DNA from: Takakia lepidozioides
Lineage: Eukaryota > Plantae > Bryophyta
Direction of reading: 5' to 3'
Length of the DNA stretch: 64,000 nucleotides
NCBI GenBank assembly: GCA_030704615.1
Contig: CM060731.1
Coordinates: 45,260,001 to 45,324,000 of the forward strand
Made by a program: the position numbers and the translations under genes. The notes under the pieces were generated by a model, which was not told where the DNA came from, made no database searches, and worked only from the letters and a program-made list of their open reading frames with translations. Positions 52,442 to 61,605 of the stretch are shown here, in pieces (the stretch's first letter is position 1; the number at the start of each line of letters is the position of its first letter).

Positions 52442-53484
52442 GCTACACGTCAATAAGACGACACAACGACGATGTCAGCCAAGTTAGCTTCAATGTGAAG
52501 ACTCCACATTCAATGTATCTGATACACACTAAGGAGAGAGGTTCTTCAACTCTAAGCAAATCCAAGATTTTACCGCTCCTCGAGGAACTCGGTGCTAGAG
52601 GAGGGGGTGATGTCACGGACACAGCCCAGATAAACTTACCAGGAATAAATACCAGAAGTTACCAAGTTATCATGTTATCGAAAGTTACCGTGATCTATCA
52701 TGATCTATTATAAGTTACCATTAGTTACAAAGTTACCGGAAGTTTATCAAATTACCGAGAGTAACTTGGGAAACTGTTCATGAAGCTTCTTTTGGAGGAA
52801 ACTTCTCCATCAAGAAACCTTTGTTTAACCTTGGAAACTTCTCCATCAAGATTCCTCCCTTGGGGAAGCCTCTTAGGGAACCTCCTAGTAGCCAGTATAT
52901 ATAGGAGGCGAGACTAGACATTCTTCAGTCCCGCCAATACAAGTTCAAGCTACTCTTGTTCCCAGTCCCAATACTCCAGTCCAGCTTCCAGTACTCTAGT
53001 CCAGTTTCCAGTATCTGGTACCCTAGTCCAGTTTCCAGCATTCCAGTATTTGAGTCGAGTTTCAGTATCTTGGACTCTTGTCTATTGTTATAAAGATCAT
53101 CTTGATTCATGTTTACCCACCATGCATTCGGCCACGCCGACCTTGACTTCATGTCTAGTCTTGTACCTCTAGTCTGATTCTTGTTTGTGTTCAATCATGT
53201 TCTCGTCCTTGACAGTAGCCCCATGACTTGTTTGGAAAACCAGAGTATTGTGGAAGTCGACACCGACTTCTAAATTTAGGAGAACCCCCGAACCTACATA
53301 CGCATCCAAACCTGCCTCCAATATCATGTTATTCGGGGACATCTTGGATAATTTAACTGCAAAAAATGCCGAAATGCAGCTCCACAGGGTCTAAAATGAG
53401 GAAATATTTTTCCAAATATGCTCTGCTCATGTTTACTTTTGCTTCTGCTCATGCTTAAATGTGCTCATGACTCATAGAAAATAT

Positions 53485-55097
53485 AGATCATCTCACGAGT
53501 ACCATAATGTATTGCAAGACATCTTGCCGATTGCAGTACGTGGGACATTGACTCCCGAGGTTCGCGAGACAATTTACAGATTGGGATGCTTGTTCCGGTG
53601 GATTTGCTCCAAAGAGTGGGAAGAAGCGGATTTTCCACGCATGAAGAAGAAGGCGGCGGAGGTAATGTGTATGTTGGAGATGAACCTTCCTCCCTCTTTC
53701 TTTAACATCCAAGTGCACTTGGTGCACACTTAGTGGAAAAGGCTTTGATTGCCGGCCCAGTTCATTCTCGGTGGATGTGCTTCTTTAAGCGTTATATGAA
53801 GAATTTGAAAAGATTTGTAAGACAAATGACGCATGCTACCCAGAGAGTAGCATGGCGAAGGGGTATATGTTGCAAGAAGCTATGTTCTATTGCACGGAGT
53901 ACATGGCAAGGGTAGATGAGGAAGCCCCTCGGATGTGGAAAGAAGAGGAGAATGCACGAACCAATGACATCGTTTTGCCTAAAAAATTGAAGAGGGTAAA
54001 ATTGCCGACCTTGGTGATTGAGCAAGCGCATGACTTCATATTGAAGAACACCCCATCCATACATGAGTGGGAGGCAAGATACAATAATCTTGTTCAGCAA
54101 CGATAGGAGGAGATGCTTGCATGGAGGCGAACCATCCAAGGCCGGTTACTAGACGCCCTCGACGAGGAGCGGGCCGCCGGAATGTTCCTTCACAAGACTT
54201 GCCCGCGGAATTGCAACCTCTAAGTTCATTCCAACAGTGGCTTCAGATCTCAATTTATGACGCCGTTGCTCAAGGTGAGGTGGTTTCAGATATGGTGCAA
54301 GACATTGCAAGGGGCCCTCTCAATTCGCGACCTCATACAAAGCGGTTTGGGTTCACGGTCGTCATTTCCGCATTCGTGCTCTTAACATGAAGCGCAAAAC
54401 AACGTTTGATTCTGGCTTGTGTGCCACATATTGGCAATGGGGCAAGGAAGATACACGACCTGCTATGAGCAAACTTGAGTACATTGGAGAGCTTGAGAGC
54501 ATACTTCAACTTCAGTATACAAGGTACCGGCCTCTTCTCTTCAAGGGAAGGTGGTTCCAGCCACATCTTGTGGGGCCCTCCACAACACTAGCGCAAGATG
54601 ATTGTGGTTTCATGCGCGTCAATGCAAATAGGCTTAACCCTACTCATCGTCCCTCCGATGAGTTTTTTTCACGGCCTTCAGACATGGAGCAAGTTTTTTT
54701 CTCCGATGACAAAACAAAAGGGGGGAATTTGAAGGTGGTTGTGTATGCTCAGCCAAGAGGAAGACGTATCTTCATGGTCTCAGATCTCCATGGGGTGATG
54801 CAATTGCGGTGTGGAGAGACTGATCATAAGGATGTTGATGATGGAGGTTGGGTAGAGGGGGTAGAAGATGATGATGACGCCTCGAAAAATACATCCCGGA
54901 CCCTATATAATGAAGCTCCAGAAGATACAGATGTTGGAGAAGGAGATGAAAACACGGCCATTGAAAACGAGGTGGAGGATGATTCAAAGATGCTTTTTGA
55001 GGGCCGGGCCATTTACAATGATGACTCTGATGACCAAGAAGACTTGCAGCTTAATGAGGACGAAGAAGCTCTGGATGATGATGTTCAAGTTGATTAG
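53485..55097 (+). pseudogene. CACTA/En-Spm transposase C-terminal region
   Basis: SHEYHNVLQDILPIAVR..LEMNLPPSFFNIQVHL..GPVHSRWM..RYMKNLK..SMAKGYMLQEAM..YIGELESILQLQY..LFKGRWF followed by acidic tail. Confidence 0.88.
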
Positions 55098-55439
55098 ACA
55101 CGTAATCAAAGCTACATAATAATTCACGCATCGAACTACCCATCCCTTCGATTGATTGTACATGTACATGTATATTGTAGCTTATTTCTATGATTTATTA
55201 ATGGCTGTGGCTGGTAGTCTTTCGAGAAAGAAGGCAGAGGCAATGAATATGTTGGAGCAACGCATACAAATATGGTATGAAGAGAATTATCAAAATGAAT
55301 GTTACAATCTACAAGAAGGTCCACAACAACAAGCTACATCATAACGAAAAACAAACACCCTACCCCAGTACCATGTGGGAAAAAAAAAACTAAGAACCCC
55401 AAAAAGCCCTAAACCTAAACCTACAAAGCTCGACCATCG

Positions 55440-56130
55440 CTGCCTGCGACACCAACACGACTGCGACGCATTTTTTGGATTTGTGAGGTCGGGGGTCACA
55501 AGCCGCGACGGTCTGCCGTCGCATGATGCGATGTGTTTTTATTTGGATTTGAAGGAAAAATGCAGCCCCTCTTTGCGACGCCCGGCCGTCGCAAAAAAGG
55601 GATGCCTTATTGCCCTTCATGCCACCTTGCGTCGAAGACTGGCCCCGGCGCTGGGGGGCGACGCTTTGGCGTCGCATGGAATGGTTGCCTTCTGCCCTTT
55701 ATGCAATCGTGCGACGGCCGGGCGTCGCCGCCTGGCCACGGCGCCAGGTTGCGACGTGCGGGGTCTGTTTGCGACGGCCCGACGTCGCAAAAAAGCGCCG
55801 CGCAGTTGGCGTGTCCAAGAGATTTGCCATATCTCTACTAGGTCATCTCAATTTGTACCTACGAGTTGAGTTCTTGCGTCGACCTTACGGCATCATCATA
55901 ACAAGAACCCGGGGAGGTCACTTCCATTTTTTTCCAAACGACATGCAAAAAAATAGGGTAATGTATACTTTTTGCAGATAAAATTTAGAATATTTGTAGA
56001 AATAAAATTGGATGTCCTTATATGTGGATACAATATTAAAATAAAATAGGGTTATGAATATATACTTCCACTACAGCAAATGGGGGGGGGGGTTTGCGAC
56101 GCCAGCCGCGCCCCCACGCCCCGCGCAGCG
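55440..56130. repeat. GC-rich CACTA-like subterminal repeats and orphan CACTA terminus at 56069
   Basis: Repeated tgcgacg/cgtcgca motifs in both orientations at 55444-55800; cactacagcaaa...tttgcgacgcc at 56069. Confidence 0.55.
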
Positions 56131-56349
56131 CCGCAGATATAATGAGGTCAGGTGCAAGGGGGGGGGGGTGTTGATGTTTCATGGCACCCCTGTTCATTAC
56201 GTTTCAATTCAGTTTTGTAGGTACCTTATAATTAGTTAGAACAGGTAGCTAGATCAACTTTGTCAATCATCAAAAGGGGTTCATGTGTATATATACTTCA
56301 CTTGAAGCTGCCACAACCATCTATTCATACTATAGTTAGTTAGTTAGAA

Positions 56350-56531
56350 AGTAAAGTAAAGTATGACGCCTCCCAAAGGGAGCGTAACTTATGGTGTCAC
56401 TTGACCCCAAAGGGCTACTGCCTTCCAGCAGGAAGGTGGACACCTTCATGACACACCAGACGGTGGTTTGAACCCACAACCACATCCAACGTGGTATGTG
56501 CCCATTACCACTGGGCTACATGCTGGTTGTC
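56350..56531 (-). mobile_element. tRNA-derived SINE, copy 2
   Basis: Minus strand: A-box TAGCCCAGTGG, B-box GGTTCAAACC, (TACTT)n tail; 11-bp TSD gttagttagaa (56339-56349, 56532-56542). Confidence 0.85.
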
Positions 56532-56670
56532 GTTAGTTAGAACAAGTAGTTAGATCGACTCTGTCAATCATGATCAAAGAGTCTCAAAGGGGGTTGGTTT
56601 GCCTCCTCACCATGTGTACATATACTTTACGTGAAACTGCCACATTATCTACTCAGACAATTTTTGTATA

Positions 56671-56875
56671 CACCAGCAAAACCAAGCATCCGGGATTCCA
56701 GAATCCTCCATCATCCATTCCTAAATCCATCCATCACTTGCTGATATAGAGACATTTTTTCAGGATTATAACCATTGGCAGTACTAGTACTTAACTAGTC
56801 CCATATATAGTTTATGATTCTCTCATTTTACAAAGTATGACTTTAGTCCGTTCTTCTCCCACAAATCTAGGTGAA
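56671..56875 (-). repeat. Inverted copy of UGT intron-3 repeat (1536-1725)
   Basis: Reverse complement aligns by eye: ttcacctagatttg...agaacggac...catactttgtaaa...gagaatcataaacta...gccaatggtta.aatcctga...ttggttttgctggtg. Confidence 0.8.
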
Positions 56876-57119
56876 CAAAAATTGGCCATTTCTGAATGAT
56901 CCAACTTCCGTGACTCCTTTACGTCGCATGTGCCAAGTGAGTAAAATCTTGGAGGAACTCTATGACTCATGTGACTATCAAGTGGATTGCAATGTTAAGA
57001 AAAAAGGAATTTCACGTTCATTGGATTGTGGATTGGCATAAAAATGCACATAGCTTGCATTTGTACAAGAAAGTCGGCACAAAGAATTCAGAGTTGGATG
57101 GGATATTTAATATCAGGTG

Positions 57120-57900
57120 ATGCTGATGAATCCACCATACTTAACTTTTTTTGAGTTTTGTAAACTGAATGCAACCCAACGGTTTTGTCAAGATGTTTGT
57201 CATTTGTTCCTTAGTTGGAATGTAGTGACTCCCAGTGATGAGGAGGTCATCTACATAAATGACCATGATCAAGATTTTCCCGTCCTCAGATATAGGATAG
57301 GGGTATGTTCACGCAGGAAAGTATCAATTTTCTCATACCATGCACGGGATGTCTATTTTAGGCCATAAAAAACCTTGTGGAGTTTTATAGACCTTGCGTG
57401 CGGAGACTTCAAATCCTTGAAGTTGGATGAGGTGGCGCACATGGACCTCCTTCAAGTCCCCGTTTAGGAATGCGGATTTGATATCCATGTGAAGATTGTC
57501 CCAATCGGTGCTGGCTACAAGACCCACCATGCTGCGAATTGTACTCCACTTTGCTGGGGCAAACGTCTCATCATAATCAATACCTCCTTGTTGTTCATAT
57601 CCTTTTGCTACTAGCCTTGCCTTGAGTTTGATAGGTTGACCATCAGAACCAGCCTTCACTTTGTAAACCCACTTGGAATGAATGGGTCGTTTCCTGAGGG
57701 GTAAATCTGTGAGGGACCAAGTCTGGTTGTGAGAGATGGAGGTCATCTCCTCTTCCATAGCAAATAACCCATCTAAGGTTAAAACCCGCATGATAGAGAG
57801 GCTTTGACTGGCTCATCAAGGAAATCATGCTCAATTTCAATGTTGAAAACTAAATGATCCCTCAGTCGGGTGGATGGTGCTCTTGAACGTGTGACGCGTG
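57120..57900 (-). pseudogene. Ty1/Copia reverse transcriptase remnant
   Basis: KRPIHSKWVYKVK..KLKARLVAKGYEQQGGIDYDETFAP..HMDIKSAFLNGDLKE. Confidence 0.92.
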
Positions 57901-57911
57901 GAGGAGACATG

Positions 57912-60502
57912 TGTCGTGCGCATACATATCGCTACACAACTACATCACTGTCCAAACTACACAACATATGTGCACACCAAATACTAGTCTATCACTAGTG
58001 CACCACTAGTGCACCAGCAGTGCACCACTAGGCTGCCACTAGACAACCACTAGTCACCATTAGTGCAGCCACTAGTCAACCACTAGGCTGCCACTAGGCA
58101 CCACTAGTGCAGCCACTAGTCCATCACTAGGCTGCCACTAGCCACCACTAGTGCAGCCACTAGTCCATCACAATCGCCCCCCTAGCTGGCGCTTAGGTCC
58201 CTCTAAGTCCAGGTAGCCATAAAATGTGATAGTGGCCATAGCCTCACTAGGTCCTCCACCACTGTCCCTACTACACTCAAACTCAATAGATCAAGAGGCC
58301 GGGTACAAGAGTTGCCCCATCGTTAGTCACCGTCTTGCAACTTGTGAACTTGAGCTTGAGATCTTGGGTATTGACTCCTATGAGCTTGGCCTCCCATGTC
58401 TTGTGAGCTGCCACTAGTCATATCCACTGCCACTATCCCAAGCAGGGTGGACATAACCAATCTCCATCAGGAACCCTCTCAAGAGGTGGTGTCAAGCATC
58501 CCATGTGCCAACCTCTTGAGCATTGATCACACACCAGCATAGTGGCGGCACCACGAGCATGCCCACATAGCATACAACGCAACCCTGCAAGTACCAGTGC
58601 AAGGGTGGGATCTATCCTCCCATCCACATGTGGAAGGTGACATGGCGCACAATTACGCACATGGTCCTTCCATACCATGCCATCTCGACCCTCCAGAAAT
58701 CAACACTCTTAAAGGCAACACCTCCCTGACCCTTAGAATCACACGTCCTGCTGTGACATCCAAGGTCGTAGGCGCAGTCTGCTGCAGATACACATAGTCC
58801 CCAAGGTGGAAACGCCGAACACTTGACCGATATCCCCCTCCACGTATAGTGGCATACCTCAATGTGTCTTGATGTTGGGCAATAGCAAGATTCTCAAAAG
58901 CCATAGGTATGACTCTCTGGAACAACTCTGCCCGCTGGGCACATGCTTGTGTCCACACATCCGGATCATTAAGGTTGAGGACTACTACAGCCTCCCTGCA
59001 AATAGACGCAGGCAAATCTGGCTCTCGGCCAAAGAGAAGGAAATATGGTGAGAAGGAGACAAGTGATGCTTGCTTGCTAAACCTGTAGCCCATGGCTAGC
59101 CAAGGTACATGAAGATCCCAATCTCCTATGTGTCCCTTTTGCAAACCATACTTGCGCAAACCCCTCTTCACTGTCTGAACCACTCTCTCTGCCAAGCCAT
59201 CGGTCTCAAGATGATCCCGAGAAGTGGTACGGTGGTCTATCAAGGCTTTATCACACAAAGCCTGAAACTCCCCCAAGAACTCTCTTCCTTGGTCCGTGAG
59301 TACCTCAGCTGGAGCACCGAATCGGCTAAGCACACGATCCAAGAATGCATACGCAGCCCCCTTACTAGCCTTGTCAGGCAATGGAACCAACTCAATCCAC
59401 TTGGAGAAGTGCTCCACCATCACCAACACATATCTATGGTGACGCATCGTGAGTGGCAAAGGCCCTGCGAAGTCAAGACTCCACCTGTAGCCCAATCCCA
59501 TGATGGGTAAAGGATGCAACTGTGGTGTAGGGGCGTTGAATGAAGCACGCACCCATGCACCTAGCCACGAACTGTTGCACCTCTGTGTGCATACCACACC
59601 ACCAATACTGCCCCTGTAGTAAGGGAGGGCCGGCGTGTGCAGCTCCCTGTGACGTTCATAGGAGGAGTTGCGGTTGCCCAGCGAGGCAAGATGCCAACAC
59701 TGGCAGCATTCACAGCTGCAATGACTTGGATGACAACACTCATTCAGATGATGTGTCACCTCCAGGAGAGCAAGATGACATGTATGGTATGACGGAGTTG
59801 CCTGCCATGGTTGCTCACACTCCATGGTGGGGCTTGAGCAAGGATTTGCAGCGGGTTGCTGATTGTCGTGTGCAACAAGCCTGGGTAGAGGCTTTTGTAC
59901 CGTCAGGAGAGGAGGACGGTGCGGGGATTGCACCAAGACCACCTCAGTTGTCTCCATTGGACACCACACCGATCGTGTGGAAGTGTCCGGATGAAGGCAT
60001 TTGCCTTCTGGACTTGTTTGGCGGGATCAGCACCGGATTGGCTGTTGTTCTACAGGCAGGTGTACGAGTACAGCGTTAGTTGTATGTGGAGAGGGATGAG
60101 ACTGTACGATGCGTCTCCCTACGCCATATTGCTCAGTTGGTGCAGCAGTACCCTGAGTTGTTGCCGGTGTCTGCAGTTCGTGGATATCAGCAGGCCTTGC
60201 CTCTAAGTCTGCTCGACTTAAGGTTGTAGTTACGAAGGGCAATTGGGAGCCTGACATTGGACCTATTGTTGCTAGAGGAGAGAGACGGCGTATACGGCGG
60301 TTCCCGAGGCTTACAGGAATTGCTTTGTCTCTCGTGCTACGGTGGAGGAGCATGAGAGACATGTTCAGGTTGTGCATCGACCGGGTTTGGTCAATAGGGA
60401 TGTGGATGGATTGAGTCGCAATCCATGCACGAGCCAACAGGATGACACTGGAGTTTGGTGGCATGGTGAGATGGACGAGGAGATGGTGTCGGGATGGCAT
60501 GC
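57912..60502 (-). mobile_element. Second MTase/PHD-Gypsy copy, rearranged (3' LTR 57912-58172, INT-PHD to ~59621, inverted and deleted MTase/RT/RH pieces to 60502)
   Basis: 57912-59621 matches 22690-24420; 59617-60202 is the reverse complement of ~27085-27690 (EGICLLDLFGGISTG on +), then pieces matching ~25898-26025, ~25308-25336, ~24502-24627. Confidence 0.9.
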
Positions 60503-61123
60503 TGTCGCACGGCTTTTACTCACCCATCCCTTCGCTATCCGAGGCGGAAACTCCAAGATAGAAGAGTTGGAAATCTCTAAGTACTCAGCCCGCGCAGAAC
60601 AATCAGTCATGACCTACAGCTAGTGTATCATGGGGGTGTTTCCTATTTGTTTCCTTTTCCGCATTCATCTTAGCTACCTCACCATTGATAATTAAGTATC
60701 AGTTTGCTTCATCAATTTATCGGTTTCCTTAACTCCTCCATTCAATCCACAGCTTCACTCAGATCTCTCTACACAGTGTGATTGTATCGTATAAGTATCA
60801 GATTATGATTTATCAGGTATCAGGCCGAATCCATTATGTCTCTAATCTGCTCTACAATATCACTCTAGCTTTGCATATGACAAGCATCTACTAATCCTCT
60901 TTTCTCCTTCATCGTGCTCTCCGATCTCCGCTCCCGCCTGTCTCCGAAGTCCTCCCCGAATAATGATCCCCTTCCTATTCCCCGTTCTTTCCTTTATCCT
61001 CCTATCCGCGGTTCTAACCGTTTCCCTCTCTAACCGTCGTATGTGAACTAACATGTTCCCTTCACTGGTGTTGTTCCCCACAGTCGTTCCCTGTCCTACT
61101 CTTCGTTCCCTATTATCGTGACA
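60503..61123. mobile_element. Probable LTR of another element
   Basis: Starts TGTCGC exactly where RNase H homology stops, ends CGTGACA; no TSD or partner in window. Confidence 0.45.
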
Positions 61124-61443
61124 GCTGTGTCAAGCGGTGACTGGCTGTGTTTGGCTGTGTCGGGCTGTGACTGGCTGTGTGGCTGTGCCGGGCTGTGACT
61201 GGCTGTGTGGGCTGTGTCTGCTGTGACGACTGTGACGGGCTGTGTGGGCTGTGTGGGCTGTGACGACTGTGTGGGCTGTGACGACTGTGACGGGCTGTGT
61301 TGGCTGTGTGGGCTGTGACGGCTGTGTCGGCTGTGTGGGCTGTGACGACTGTGACGGGCTGTGTTGGCTGTGTGGGTTGTGACGACTGTGACGGGCTGTG
61401 TTGGCTGTGTGGGCTGTGACTGCTGTGTTGGCTGTGTGGGCTA
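61124..61443. repeat. 9-bp-period minisatellite (ggctgtgtg / gactgtgac variants)
   Basis: Direct reading. Confidence 0.92.
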
Positions 61444-61585
61444 TGTAACCCCCCTCTACAGTGCGCTGCTGTCACCCCTAAGGTTCCTGTTTGTCTCAGT
61501 CTGTGCAAAAATTAAGGGTACCCTACAGATCCCGTATAAGTGTCTAAGTCCCCTACAGTCCTCTAACATTACCCCTTCCCCCCTC
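61444..61585 (-). mobile_element. Short 3' LTR (61444-61568, 125 bp) and PPT of an element extending off the right edge
   Basis: TGTTAGAG...GGTTACA on minus, immediately preceded by the purine tract gaggggggaaggggtaa. Confidence 0.65.
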
Positions 61586-61605
61586 AAAAGCCGTGTCCTC
61601 ACGGT

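Larger units (their letters stand above)
47267..53214 (+). mobile_element. Full-length Ty3/Gypsy chromovirus (5.9 kb), Tcn1/Tf1-like, decayed
   Basis: LTRs 47267-47888 and 52611-53214 (TGTCAC..TTGACA), perfect TSD gtagc, PPT agaggagggggtga, non-tRNA PBS. Confidence 0.96.

Noticed and set aside
56430-56531. tRNA gene
   Set aside because: A/B boxes but no convincing cloverleaf; tail, TSD and second copy indicate a SINE.
61113-61508. 131-aa His/Ser/Thr repeat ORF
   Set aside because: Translation of the 9-bp minisatellite.
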